A stretch of 64,000 nt of DNA from an uncultured Clostridia bacterium. GTDB lineage: Bacteria > Bacillota > Clostridia > UBA1381. The stretch is taken from the NCBI GenBank assembly GCA_934487205.1, contig CAKSRS010000002.1:29116-93115 (forward strand), written 5' to 3'. Positions 31,230-41,328 of this stretch are shown here, in pieces; within the stretch, counting starts at the first letter, position 1, and each line of letters opens with the position of its first letter. Under the pieces are notes generated by a model that was given only the letters and a program-made list of their open reading frames with translations, was not told where the DNA came from and searched no databases. The translations under genes and the position numbers were made by a program.

Positions 31230-32207
31230 TCATTCCTTTCCGTGCCGCACGGCACACACATCATTTTCTATCTGTTTTTTTAAATCTTCCGTATTTTCAA
31301 ACTTTATTTCACCGCGGATTTTTTCCGTAATCTCCGCCGTCAGCACCTTTCCGTACAAGTCGCCGTCAAAATCCAAAACATGCACTTCAAACGTACGCTT
31401 TTCCGCACCGAACGTCGGATTTTTTCCTATATTTATAACCGCGCGGCGATTTCCGACCTTTCCGCCGTAAACGCCGTCGGGCGGAAGGATTTTATTCTCC
31501 GCAATATCAAAATTTGCCGTCGGGAATCCCAATTTCCGACCGTTTTGCTTTCCGCGCACAATCTTTCCGCGCACACGGTAAGGTCTGCCCGCAAGCTGCG
31601 CCGCGTCCGCAAGCGCGCCCGCTTTCACCAATCCTCGGATTTTTGTACTCTTTACCGGTTCGCCGCCGGCGGTCACGGCGTCCGCGACAATTACCCGCGC
31701 TTTACCCGCGAGCAATTCTTTAAGCTGTGCCGCATCGCCCCACGCCTTATACCCAAACCGATAATCATAGCCGACAACAACCGCGTCCGGTTTCATTACT
31801 TCCGACAAAAGCCCCGCAAATTCCCGCGGCGATTTTGCCGCAAAACTTTCGGAAAATTCCGCGATTACAACATAATCCGCGCCGTATTCTTCCGCAATTT
31901 CCAGCTTTTCGGCAAGCGTCGTAAGCACGCCGTCGCGGGAATTATGCCCGCCGAGCAACAACACGCCCCATCTTCCGCAAGATTTTGCAAGCTCAAAAAG
32001 CCGCGCGTGCCCGAGGTGCACGCCGTCAAAATCGCCCAGGCATATCGCCGCGGCATGCAAATCCGCGCCGTTTTCGCCGATTATGCCGATACTTTGCGCA
32101 CAGCCGCCGACCCAATCGCGCAGCAAAACGCCGCCTTCCGTGACATCCTTCGAATCGCCTATGCGGATAACGCTGTTATTTTGTTCACAATATCCGTAAA
32201 TATCCAT
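31230..32207 (-). CDS. ribF: Bifunctional riboflavin kinase / FMN adenylyltransferase
   Basis: LGDFDGVHLGH, and PTANF..PPDGVYG in the kinase domain. The N-terminal start is uncertain because the leader is unusually long. Confidence 0.85.
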   Translation of the reverse strand: MDIYGYCEQNNSVIRIGDSKDVTEGGVLLRDWVGGCAQSIGIIGENGADLHAAAICLGDFDGVHLGHARLFELAKSCGRWGVLLLGGHNSRDGVLTTLAEKLEIAEEYGADYVVIAEFSESFAAKSPREFAGLLSEVMKPDAVVVGYDYRFGYKAWGDAAQLKELLAGKARVIVADAVTAGGEPVKSTKIRGLVKAGALADAAQLAGRPYRVRGKIVRGKQNGRKLGFPTANFDIAENKILPPDGVYGGKVGNRRAVINIGKNPTFGAEKRTFEVHVLDFDGDLYGKVLTAEITEKIRGEIKFENTEDLKKQIENDVCAVRHGKE

Positions 32208-32227
32208 TTAAGCCACCACTCAACCGA

Positions 32228-33109
32228 TTACACCGACCAAAACGCCTTCTCAAGCACAAGCGCGCCGCCGGTAAATTTCGACAGACACAAAAACTCGCCG
32301 TTTTCGGCATAAACACGATAAATTCCGCCCTCATTAAGTCCGCTGCAGCGGATTTTTACGCCGTTTTTCGCTTTTTCCGACAAAAATCCGTTCAGCGTAA
32401 CTGCCTTATATTCACTAAACAATTTATCCACGGGAATTACCGCGCTTTCAAGCGTTCCTTCTTCCTTCATTTCCGCAAGCCGCTCCGGCGTGTACGCCGT
32501 ATCAAGCGCAAATCCCCCACTTTTCGTGCGCACAAGCGAATTCATATACGCACCGCAGCCAAGCTTTATGCCGATATCCTCGCACAGCGTGCGGATATAC
32601 GTCCCCTTCGAACAGGACACATCTATCGTCGCGGTGTAATTTTCCGTATCAATTTCAATTATATCTATACCGTAAATCGTAACATGCCGCTTTTCGCGCT
32701 CAACGGTAACGCCGCGGCGCGCAAGTTCATACAGCTTTTTTCCGCCCTGTTTTATGGCAGAAAACATAGGCGGAATCTGGTCAATTTCGCCTATAAAACT
32801 ATTTATTGCATTTCTGATTTCCTCCGCCGACACCGCCACCGGCTGTTCGGTGAGAATTTCGCCCGACGCGTCCAGCGTATCCGTCGTCATGCCAAAAACA
32901 AGCTGCGCACGGTACGCCTTATCAGACGCTGTCAGCATATCCGCCGCCTTCGTCGCCCTGCCGATACATATCGGCAGAACGCCCGTTGCGTCAGGGTCAA
33001 GCGTTCCCGTATGCCCGACCTTTTTTATCCCGAAAAGCCGCCGCACAAAATACACCATATCATGCGATGTTTTGCCGGGCGGCTTATCTATCACTATCAG
33101 TCCGTCCAT
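32228..33109 (-). CDS. truB: tRNA pseudouridine(55) synthase
   Basis: GLIVIDKPPGKTSHD and GHTGTLDPDATGVL motifs. Confidence 0.95.
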   Translation of the reverse strand: MDGLIVIDKPPGKTSHDMVYFVRRLFGIKKVGHTGTLDPDATGVLPICIGRATKAADMLTASDKAYRAQLVFGMTTDTLDASGEILTEQPVAVSAEEIRNAINSFIGEIDQIPPMFSAIKQGGKKLYELARRGVTVEREKRHVTIYGIDIIEIDTENYTATIDVSCSKGTYIRTLCEDIGIKLGCGAYMNSLVRTKSGGFALDTAYTPERLAEMKEEGTLESAVIPVDKLFSEYKAVTLNGFLSEKAKNGVKIRCSGLNEGGIYRVYAENGEFLCLSKFTGGALVLEKAFWSV

Positions 33110-35743
33110 TTAGCCAAGCTGCGCCTCGATAACCTTCGCCGCCGCCGCAAGCGCCTCGTCAATCTTCGACGCGTCCTTGCCGCCGCCCTGCGCCATATCC
33201 GGCTTACCGCCGCCCGAACCGCCGGCAATCGCCGTCAGCTCTTTTATAACTTTTCCGGCATGAACGCCCGCCTTTACCGCGTCGCCCGTTGCCGTTGCCA
33301 AAAAGACAATCCGCCCGTCGGTCTGCGCCGCCAATACCGCAATTCCGCAACCGATTTTTTCTTTTATACTGTCGCCGAGCGTCCGCAAATCGTTCGCCGC
33401 AAGTCCGTCGACGCGCCCCGACACTATCGTTACACCCTTGATTTCCGCCGCATTTTTAAGCACATCATCAAGCTTGCCCGACGCCATCTTTGCATTCATG
33501 GACTCAATATTTTTCTTCAGTTCCTTCACTTCCGCCGCGGTTTGTTCCGCCTTGCGGTCGATTTCATTTACGTTATTCGCCTTCAGCGCCGCCGCACATC
33601 TTTCGATAAGTCCGTCCCTCGCGGCAATATAATCAAGCACACCCTCGCCCGTTACAGCCTCGATACGTCTTGTTCCCGCTGCAACGCCGCTTTCCGAAAT
33701 CAGCTTGAACAGTCCCGCATTTGCTGTGTTCGTAAGATGCGTTCCGCCGCAAAATTCTATCGAATAATCGCCCATCGAAACGACGCGCACAACATCACCG
33801 TACTTTTCGCCGAACTGCGCTTCGGCGCCCAGTTTTTTCGCCTCGTCAATCGGCAGTTCGTGCACCGTTATCGGCAATGCTGCAAGAATTGCGTCATTAA
33901 CCTTCTTCTCGGTGAGCGCAAGTTCCTCTTTCGTCATCGCCTCAAAGTGCGAAAAGTCGAACCGCAAATGCTTTGCGTTGACTTCGGAACCCGCCTGTGC
34001 AACGTGTCCGCCCAGAACCTCGCACAGCGCCTTATGCAAAAGGTGCGTCGCACTGTGGTTGCGCGCAATCGCCATTCTGTTCTTCTTGCAGACCGTCAGC
34101 TTTACCGTATCTCCCGCAGAAAAACTGCCCTTTATTACCTCGACAATATGCATATAAATTCCGTTGCCGTTCTTTTTGGTATCAATAACCTTCGCCTCGG
34201 CGCCGTCCTTCGTGATTTTTCCAATATCGCCTGCCTGACCGCCCATTTCCGCATAAAACGGCGTTTCTTCAGTCACGATAATGCCCTTTGCGCCTTCTTC
34301 AATTTCCGCGGAAACTTCCCCGGCTGCCGCTATTCCGACAATTTTCGACTCGCCCTCAAGCGACTCATAGCCGATAAATTTCGTCGCCGACGCGTCCTCA
34401 AACGTGTAGCTTTCGTTATCGTCCCAGCTGGAGCCGTCCTTACGCGCACTGCGCGCCGTCTCCTTCTGAACGGCAAGCTCTCTGTCATAGCCTTCGCGGT
34501 CAATCGCGATGCCCTGTTCCGCGCAGATTTCCACCGTCAAATCAATCGGGAAACCGTACGTATCATTCAATTTGAAGGACTTTTCGCCGCTCAGAACCGT
34601 TTCGCCGTTCTTTTTCAGCTCCGCTATATAGTCGCTCAGAATCGTCAGACCGTTATCGATAGTCTTTGCAAATCTGTCCTCTTCAATTCTGATAATTTTC
34701 TTAATATAATCACGCTTTTCGGCAAGTTCCGGATAGCCCTGCGCCGACTCGTTTATAACGGTATCGGCAACTTCATACAGAAATTCGCCCTGTATATTAA
34801 GAAGCTTTCCGTGACGTGCCGCGCGGCGCAAAAGGCGGCGCAGTACGTAACCTCTGCCCTCGTTCGACGGAATTACGCCGTCAGAAACCATCATAACCGT
34901 ACTTCTTATATGGTCGGTGATAACGCGCAGCGATACGTCGGTTTTTGCGTCCTCTTTATATTTAACGCCCGCAATTTTTGAAATATGATTCATTATATTC
35001 CGCACGGTGTCAACCTCAAAGAGGTTATCCACGCCCTGCATAACCGCTGCAAGACGCTCAAGTCCCATACCCGTATCAATATTCGGGTGCGACAGGCGGT
35101 TATAGTTGCCGTCCTCGTCCTTATCGAACTGCGTAAACACAAGATTCCACACTTCCATAAAGCGGTCGCAGTCGCAGCCCATATGGCAGTCCGGCCCGCA
35201 GCTGTATTCCTCGCCGCGGTCAACGTGAATTTCCGAGCACGGTCCGCACGGTCCCGTACCGTGTTCCCAGAAGTTGTCCTCTTTGCCCATTTTAAGCACG
35301 TGCTCCGGCTTTACTCCGATTTCATTTATCCAAATATCGCGCGCCTCATCGTCCTCCTCATAAACCGTTATCCACAGTTTATCGGCGGGGATTCCCATAA
35401 CTTCCGTCAGAAATTCCCATCCCCATGAAATTGCCTCGCGCTTGAAATAGTCGCCGAAGGAGAAATTTCCGAGCATCTCGAAAAATGTACCGTGGCGCGC
35501 CGTTTTGCCCACGCACTCAATATCCGGCGTTCTTATACATTTTTGACATGTCGTAACGCGCTTTCTCGGCGGAACTTCCGCACCCGTAAACCACTTTTTC
35601 ATCGGCGCCATGCCCGAATTTATCAAAAGAAGGCTCGCGTCGTTCTTCGGCACAAGCGAAAAACTCCCCAGGCGCAGACACCCTTTCGACTCAAAGAAAC
35701 TCAGGAACTTTTCCCTGATTTCATTTACTCCGTATTTTTCCAT
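33110..35743 (-). CDS. alaS: Alanine--tRNA ligase
   Basis: 877 aa. FFEMLGNFSFGDYFK, and HSATHLLH..GGTH in the editing domain. Confidence 0.97.
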   Translation of the reverse strand: MEKYGVNEIREKFLSFFESKGCLRLGSFSLVPKNDASLLLINSGMAPMKKWFTGAEVPPRKRVTTCQKCIRTPDIECVGKTARHGTFFEMLGNFSFGDYFKREAISWGWEFLTEVMGIPADKLWITVYEEDDEARDIWINEIGVKPEHVLKMGKEDNFWEHGTGPCGPCSEIHVDRGEEYSCGPDCHMGCDCDRFMEVWNLVFTQFDKDEDGNYNRLSHPNIDTGMGLERLAAVMQGVDNLFEVDTVRNIMNHISKIAGVKYKEDAKTDVSLRVITDHIRSTVMMVSDGVIPSNEGRGYVLRRLLRRAARHGKLLNIQGEFLYEVADTVINESAQGYPELAEKRDYIKKIIRIEEDRFAKTIDNGLTILSDYIAELKKNGETVLSGEKSFKLNDTYGFPIDLTVEICAEQGIAIDREGYDRELAVQKETARSARKDGSSWDDNESYTFEDASATKFIGYESLEGESKIVGIAAAGEVSAEIEEGAKGIIVTEETPFYAEMGGQAGDIGKITKDGAEAKVIDTKKNGNGIYMHIVEVIKGSFSAGDTVKLTVCKKNRMAIARNHSATHLLHKALCEVLGGHVAQAGSEVNAKHLRFDFSHFEAMTKEELALTEKKVNDAILAALPITVHELPIDEAKKLGAEAQFGEKYGDVVRVVSMGDYSIEFCGGTHLTNTANAGLFKLISESGVAAGTRRIEAVTGEGVLDYIAARDGLIERCAAALKANNVNEIDRKAEQTAAEVKELKKNIESMNAKMASGKLDDVLKNAAEIKGVTIVSGRVDGLAANDLRTLGDSIKEKIGCGIAVLAAQTDGRIVFLATATGDAVKAGVHAGKVIKELTAIAGGSGGGKPDMAQGGGKDASKIDEALAAAAKVIEAQLG

Positions 35744-35853
35744 ATTTATCCGTTTGCTCCTTTCAAAAGGTTCGTAAGCCGCATACGGCGCAAAGCCTTT
35801 TATGTATAAATTTTCATATTATTTTTCACAACAACCGCCATTTTATCCTCATT

Positions 35854-35882
35854 ATTATACAAAAAAAAAGCGTCATTGTCAA
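35854..35882 (-). promoter_or_regulatory. Consensus promoter for alaS
   Basis: Minus strand TTGACA (35882-35877), 17-nt spacer ending in TG, TATAAT (35859-35854). The leader is only about 95 nt. Confidence 0.55.
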
Positions 35883-35916
35883 TATTTAACCAAAAAAATC
35901 CCCGCATGTGCGTTTT

Positions 35917-36255
35917 TTACGGCTCCTGCAGATTACCCTCGTCCTGAAGTAATCGGAAATAACACTTATAAAGCTGCGCCAACCCTTTCGAATTAAGTTT
36001 TCGGAGGTCAATTTCGCAGTTTTCGCTTGCCAAATCACTGTCATCGGGATTTTCCATTTGAATTTGATTGATTTCCTCACTGCTGATGTCTAAAATCGCA
36101 AACAAGGTCCAAAGATGTACTACGCCCGGATGCCACTCGTCATTTTCCCATGCGGATATTGCAGTGCGTGAAACGCCCACTGATTTCGCCAGGCTTAACT
36201 GTGTTATATTTTTGCGTTCACGTGCGAATTTTATAAACATTCCGACCGTCACCAT
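35917..36255 (-). CDS. XRE-family helix-turn-helix transcriptional regulator
   Basis: 112 aa. ARERKNITQLSLAKSVGVSRTAISAWEN is an HTH_3 motif. Confidence 0.8.
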   Translation of the reverse strand: MVTVGMFIKFARERKNITQLSLAKSVGVSRTAISAWENDEWHPGVVHLWTLFAILDISSEEINQIQMENPDDSDLASENCEIDLRKLNSKGLAQLYKCYFRLLQDEGNLQEP

Positions 36256-36446
36256 ACATCACCCCATTATAATTATACATCCAATCTGTAAAAATGTCAA
36301 GACAGCGTTCACAGTTTGTTAACAAAATTTGTCATAGAAATTAATTTTTTATTCATACTGACGTAAAAACCGCGTGTTATTATATAGTTACAGAATAAAA
36401 AATAAGCAATCGGTAAAAACTGATTGCATAAAACGGAGGAGTTATT

Positions 36447-37664
36447 ATGAAGAAATATCCTTATACAGATTCTACGGAAATTATCATGTACGAACCGAAG
36501 AAAAAGAAACACCGCAATTTTAAAAAGTTTGTACCGTGCATTTTATCGGCAGTACTTGCAAGCGTAATTACGGCGGGCGCTGTCGGCGTAGGCGGTTACT
36601 ACTATCTTAAACCGCTCGCGGCACAAAGCGTAGCCTATACCGGCACGGCAAACGGCGGTACATCATCAAACGGCGCAAGCACTCTCGCCGCGGCAAACGG
36701 CAAAACCGAAATGTCGGTAACGGAAATTGCAAAAACCGTCGGCCCGTCCTGCGTAGGCGTTATCAACAAGGCTAAGGTTCAGCCGCAGAAATATTACGAC
36801 CCGTTTAGCGGCAGATATTTTTACTATCAGCAAAGCGACGAGGTTGTTGAACAGGGTTCCGGCTCGGGAATTATCATAAGCAGCGACGGCTATGTCGTAA
36901 CAAACCAGCACGTTATAGCCGACGCGACCGAAATAACGGTTATTCTGAACACCGGCGATGAATACAAAGCTACCCTCGTCGGCTCGGACGAAAAATCCGA
37001 CCTTGCAGTTCTGAAAATCGACGCAAAAGGCTTGCCGGTAGCGACGCTCGGCGATTCTTCAACCGTTGAAGTCGGCGAACTTGCCGTAGCAATCGGCAAT
37101 CCGCTCGGACAAGAGCTTGCCGGTTCCGTAACACAGGGCTGCATAAGCGCGGTTAACCGTAAAATGACGGTGGACGGCAGAACCTACAACCTTTTACAGA
37201 CAGACGCCGCTATCAACCCCGGTAACTCGGGCGGGGCGCTTGTTAACAGATATGGCGAAGTTATCGGCATTAACTCAATCAAAATGTCGCAGACAGGCGT
37301 TGAAGGTATCGGATTTGCAATCGCAATCTCCGAGGCAAAACCGATTATTGATGATCTGATGAACGAAGGATACGTTTCGGGCAGAAGTCTTATCGGTATC
37401 ACGGCAACCGAGTCGCGCAACGGTCTGACGGTTTATTCCGTAAGCCCCGGCAGCGGCGCCGAAGAAGCCGGAATTAAAAAAGATGATTTAATTGTCAAGG
37501 CAGACGGTCAGGTTATCAACACCGTTGACGCACTTAACGAAATCAAGGACAAAAAATCGCCCGGCGACTATATCACGCTGACGATTATCCGCAACGGCGG
37601 CTTGACCGACGTCAAGGTAAGGCTGCAGGAGGACAAACCGACAACCGATAAAAAAAATAACTAA
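36447..37664 (+). CDS. HtrA/DegP-family serine protease with a PDZ domain
   Basis: 405 aa. N-terminal TM segment, TNQHV (His), DLAVLK (Asp) and GNSGGAL (Ser) motifs. Confidence 0.9.
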   Translation: MKKYPYTDSTEIIMYEPKKKKHRNFKKFVPCILSAVLASVITAGAVGVGGYYYLKPLAAQSVAYTGTANGGTSSNGASTLAAANGKTEMSVTEIAKTVGPSCVGVINKAKVQPQKYYDPFSGRYFYYQQSDEVVEQGSGSGIIISSDGYVVTNQHVIADATEITVILNTGDEYKATLVGSDEKSDLAVLKIDAKGLPVATLGDSSTVEVGELAVAIGNPLGQELAGSVTQGCISAVNRKMTVDGRTYNLLQTDAAINPGNSGGALVNRYGEVIGINSIKMSQTGVEGIGFAIAISEAKPIIDDLMNEGYVSGRSLIGITATESRNGLTVYSVSPGSGAEEAGIKKDDLIVKADGQVINTVDALNEIKDKKSPGDYITLTIIRNGGLTDVKVRLQEDKPTTDKKNN

Positions 37665-37807
37665 CTAACCAAAATAACTTTTGCGAAAAAATTTCGCAAA
37701 AGTTATTTTTTCTGCAGCTTTTTGGGAGTTTAAAAAGTATTACTGTTGAAAAGGTCCGAAAAATAGTGTATAATATGTATAACAGCGAAACGAAGGAAGG
37801 TGAGTCG

Positions 37808-38284
37808 GTGGAGACGGAGGAAAAAAAATCGCTGATCGGCAAATATTATGACATGGTGTACAAACTGGCAGTTTCGCAGACAAAGGACTTGCAGCATGCG
37901 GAAGATGTCACTAACGATACGTTTTTGAAATTTATTGAGACCGACAAGCAGTTTGACAGTGAAGAACATGTTAAAGCATGGCTTATACGCGTCACCATAA
38001 ACCGCAGCAAAAGCGTCTTTCTCAGCGCATGGTACAGAAAAACCGTGCCTCTTGAAGAAAACATTCCCGTCGAAATGAGCGAGGGCGAAAGCGAAGTTTA
38101 CACCGCAGTTTTGAAACTTCCGCCGAAGTACCGCGCGGTTATACACTTATTCTATTACGAGGACTTATCGGTTGCGGAAATCGCAGACAGTCTGAAAATA
38201 CAGCCGTCTACGGTTCGCTCGCAGCTTACAAGAGGGAGAGCAATGCTTAAGGACGTTTTGAAGGGAGCTGAGGTTCTTGTTTAA
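37808..38284 (+). CDS. ECF-type RNA polymerase sigma factor
   Basis: The start is taken at GTG 37808 (AGGAAGG RBS, 7-nt spacing). The track start at 37766 overlaps a TTGAAA-17-TATAAT promoter (37746-37774). The region 4 HTH reads LSVAEIADSLKIQPSTVRSQLTRGR. Confidence 0.8.
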   Translation: METEEKKSLIGKYYDMVYKLAVSQTKDLQHAEDVTNDTFLKFIETDKQFDSEEHVKAWLIRVTINRSKSVFLSAWYRKTVPLEENIPVEMSEGESEVYTAVLKLPPKYRAVIHLFYYEDLSVAEIADSLKIQPSTVRSQLTRGRAMLKDVLKGAEVLV

Positions 38285-39257
38285 AAAGCTTTACAAAAGT
38301 GCTAATGATAAAATCTCGTCGGAAGACGCGTACGCGCGGTTTGCGGCAAGTCTCAACGGGCACAGAAAAAGAAGTATAAGACCGTATATTACATCTGCGG
38401 CAGCGCTTGCGGCATGCCTTACGGTGACGGTTTTCGGAATAAAACTGTATGACAGCCGTCCGAACGAAGCCGGCAGCGCCGTACGCGTATATGTTCCGCA
38501 GTCCACGGCGGTACCCGACGTTAAGGCGGACGATATAACCGATACACCCGACGGTGCAGCCGATGCAGACACTGCAGACATCGTGCAGACGCCTGCGCCG
38601 AAGGCGGAAGGCAGCACAAAAAAATCCGCAAAAACCCGTTCGGCGAAAAAGTCGGAACAAAAGGAAGCAGCCGTACCCGAAAATTCCGTGCAATCGGAAA
38701 CGGTGCACACCGACACCGCGGAGCCCGCTGTTTCGGAAAATATTTCGGCGGCGGAAACCGTGCCCGAACCAAACAATACGGCTGAGATGAAAAAAGCGGC
38801 TGACACAGCGGAAATATACGGAATTTCCGCGTTCAGCACCGATACCGCAGAAAGCGCCGACAGCGCCGATACCTTTATGGCAAAGTCGGACAGAATGAGC
38901 GGCGCGGCGGCAGTACGCACCCTTGATGAATACAACAGTTTTATCGGCAGAGATATCCGCGACGGCATATGCGTTCCGGACGGCATGGCGGACAACACCG
39001 CGCAGAGCGGCACGGACGGTGGCTGGACATATGTCTATGACGGCGGCGGAAAGCATGCCGAAATAAAAACTTCGCCCGCGGAAATTCCCGACGTGGACTG
39101 CGGCGAGGCAAACATGGCGGCGCAAGGCGCGGCATACTTAATCGGCGAAAATTCCGACACGGCACGCTTTTCGTGCGGCGGCATTGACTTTGAGGTAACA
39201 GCCCAAGGCTTTACCGATGAGGAATTTTCGGCATTGATTTCGTCATTACAGCAGTAA
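38277..39257 (+). CDS. Putative anti-sigma factor (single-pass membrane protein, low-complexity ectodomain)
   Basis: It overlaps the sigma gene by 8 nt. TM segment ITSAAALAACLTVTVFGI. The extracellular part is Ala/Asp/Thr-rich. Confidence 0.6.
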   Translation: MFKKLYKSANDKISSEDAYARFAASLNGHRKRSIRPYITSAAALAACLTVTVFGIKLYDSRPNEAGSAVRVYVPQSTAVPDVKADDITDTPDGAADADTADIVQTPAPKAEGSTKKSAKTRSAKKSEQKEAAVPENSVQSETVHTDTAEPAVSENISAAETVPEPNNTAEMKKAADTAEIYGISAFSTDTAESADSADTFMAKSDRMSGAAAVRTLDEYNSFIGRDIRDGICVPDGMADNTAQSGTDGGWTYVYDGGGKHAEIKTSPAEIPDVDCGEANMAAQGAAYLIGENSDTARFSCGGIDFEVTAQGFTDEEFSALISSLQQ

Positions 39258-39383
39258 AAAAGATTGCTTATAAGCAGTCACAGACTGTCGAAAAAGTCTG
39301 TCAGTACATTTTTCCATCTCCGAAAAATGCCGGTTAAAAGTCAATTGACTTTTAACCGGCATTTTAATTTTCGCGTAACATAT

Positions 39384-40295
39384 TTAATTTCCCGTTACAT
39401 GGATTGTCGTTTTAAGCGGAACATAGCTTACCAGCCAATTCATATCGACGGGGCGAACGCGAACGCAACCGTGCGACAGCTTTTTCCCGACCGTCGCATT
39501 ATAATCCGTTCCGTCATACTTCAAAAGCGTCGAATGAATGGCATAGCCGCCGTAAAAACGCATAATCGGCCCTACATAAAACTTGTCATACGTCCAGCGC
39601 TCCTCGCGCGAAAAATATTTGAAAGTTCCCGTAACCGTCGGCGTATCGCTTGCGCCGATTGCACATGCGCATGAATACACCTGTTTCCAGCGCCCGTTTT
39701 CGCGCAGAAATGTATAAACGGTGTATCGGCTTTTGTTCACCCACACAAGGTACGGCGTCTGCGAAGTAAGTCCGGCGGAATTTACATAGTCTTCCGCGGA
39801 AAATTTATCTGTTTTTTCATGCGGGAGGTCGGCATAAACCGAGAGAATCCCGCCGTTATCCGCCGCGTCCACCGTAAATCCGAGACCTTCCGAAACAAAC
39901 CGCATCGGCGCATACACCGTATCGCCCACAAAAAACGGCGCCGCGGCAAGGGTTGTCTGCTCGCCGTTTTGCATCGCGTCGGTACTGCCCGTATGCATGG
40001 CAATTATCTTCTTGCCGTACGTCGCGGTAATCTGATTATCCTCATCAACCGAAAAATCGAATGCACCCAAATTCGACAGATACTCGCGTATCGGCAAAAA
40101 CAGTGTGCCGTTTTCGATTATCGGAAAGCCGTTAAGCGCAACGCCCTGTCCGTATATGTATAAATCAACCTGTTTCGGCGCCGCGGTTTCCGCCGTATCA
40201 TTTGCGGTGATTTCCGGCTCCGCCGCCAACTCCTCCGCAAACACACACGGCTGAAGTACAAGTATCGCTATGAGTACATATAAAAACTTTTTCAT
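39384..40295 (-). CDS. L,D-transpeptidase (YkuD) with a copper-amine-oxidase-N-like domain
   Basis: The start is taken at ATG 40295 (AAGGAG RBS). It has a signal peptide and the YkuD catalytic motif SHGCVRV. Confidence 0.85.
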   Translation of the reverse strand: MKKFLYVLIAILVLQPCVFAEELAAEPEITANDTAETAAPKQVDLYIYGQGVALNGFPIIENGTLFLPIREYLSNLGAFDFSVDEDNQITATYGKKIIAMHTGSTDAMQNGEQTTLAAAPFFVGDTVYAPMRFVSEGLGFTVDAADNGGILSVYADLPHEKTDKFSAEDYVNSAGLTSQTPYLVWVNKSRYTVYTFLRENGRWKQVYSCACAIGASDTPTVTGTFKYFSREERWTYDKFYVGPIMRFYGGYAIHSTLLKYDGTDYNATVGKKLSHGCVRVRPVDMNWLVSYVPLKTTIHVTGN

Positions 40296-40392
40296 ATCGT
40301 TTCTCCTTAATATCAATTAGGAAGATTATAGCATTTTTTCCGCACATATGCAATAGTTTTTTTTGTAATTTTTTAAGAACTTTGCGACATTA

Positions 40393-41328
40393 TCACAATT
40401 TATCCGCCGCCGATTGCAGCAGTTCGACCATCTCCGACAGCGCCGTCGTTTTAAAGACTTTATTTTTAAGTTCCGCATTTTGCGGAATACCCTTAACGTA
40501 CCACGCAATGTGCTTGCGCGCCTCCATCATTCCGCGCTTTTCGCCCTTATCGGCACACAGCATCTCGGCATGCCGCAGTGCCTGCATTATTTTTTCGCGG
40601 TTCGTCGGGAAATAGGTGACCCTGCCCGTCTCGAAATATTCCTTAATCTGACGGAATATAAACGGATTCCCCTGTGCTCCGCGACCGACCATGACGCCGT
40701 CGCAGCCTGTATATTCAATCATGCGGCGCGCATCCTCCGCCGAAAAAATATCTCCGTTGCCGATTACCGGGATTTTCACGGCGGCTTTAACCGCGCGGAT
40801 TGTATCCCAATCGGCGCTGCCGCGGTACAGCTGTTCGCGCGTGCGCCCGTGCACGGTAATCGCCGCCGCGCCGTTTGCCTCCAGCACTTTCGCAAATTCG
40901 GCGGCGGTATCGCTATCCCACCCTTTACGGATTTTTACCGTAACCGGAACGCTCGACGCGCGTACCGCCTTGCGCACAATTTCGCCCGCAAGCGGCGGAT
41001 TTTTCATCAGCGCGCTGCCGTCGCCGTTATTCACGATTTTCGGCATCGGACAACCCATATTTATATCAACCGCCGCCGCACCGAACCCGATAATTTCCGG
41101 TATCACTTCCGCAATAATATCCGCATCGGAGCCGAAAATCTGAATTGACGCGGGTTTTTCGCGCTCGTCCAGCTGCATGAGTTCGGCGGTTTTTTTATTT
41201 TTAAAGTACAGTCCCTTGGCGCTTACCATCTCGGTCGTAAGCCCGTCCGCGCCGTAATTTTTGCAAATCAGGCGGAACGTAAGGTCTGTCACGCCTGCCA
41301 TCGGTGCAAGGTGAATTTTATTAATCAA
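40393..41328 (-). CDS. dusB: tRNA-dihydrouridine synthase
   Basis: LAPMAGVTD, DINMGCP and VHGRTR motifs. The start is taken at TTG 41328 (GGAGG 9 nt upstream, TTGA overlap with the feoB stop). The longest ORF would start at 41373. Confidence 0.85.
   Translation of the reverse strand: MINKIHLAPMAGVTDLTFRLICKNYGADGLTTEMVSAKGLYFKNKKTAELMQLDEREKPASIQIFGSDADIIAEVIPEIIGFGAAAVDINMGCPMPKIVNNGDGSALMKNPPLAGEIVRKAVRASSVPVTVKIRKGWDSDTAAEFAKVLEANGAAAITVHGRTREQLYRGSADWDTIRAVKAAVKIPVIGNGDIFSAEDARRMIEYTGCDGVMVGRGAQGNPFIFRQIKEYFETGRVTYFPTNREKIMQALRHAEMLCADKGEKRGMMEARKHIAWYVKGIPQNAELKNKVFKTTALSEMVELLQSAADKL

Noticed and set aside
32684-34981. A 765-aa plus-strand ORF, plus many other long ORFs antisense to core genes (for example 31380-32312, 27949-28638, 38247-39125, 44748-45521, 46415-47254, 54975-56093 and 40414-41148).
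   Set aside because: They lie antisense to genes with unmistakable conserved products (alaS, truB, ribF, mfd, glgA, glgP, ffh, dusB). Their products are Arg/Ala/Phe-rich low-complexity sequences typical of shadow ORFs in GC-rich DNA, and they lack RBSs.
35744-35853. Expected T-box leader upstream of alaS.
   Set aside because: The leader between the consensus promoter and the start codon is only about 95 nt. It lacks the T-box sequence, a specifier-loop architecture and a terminator/antiterminator pair.
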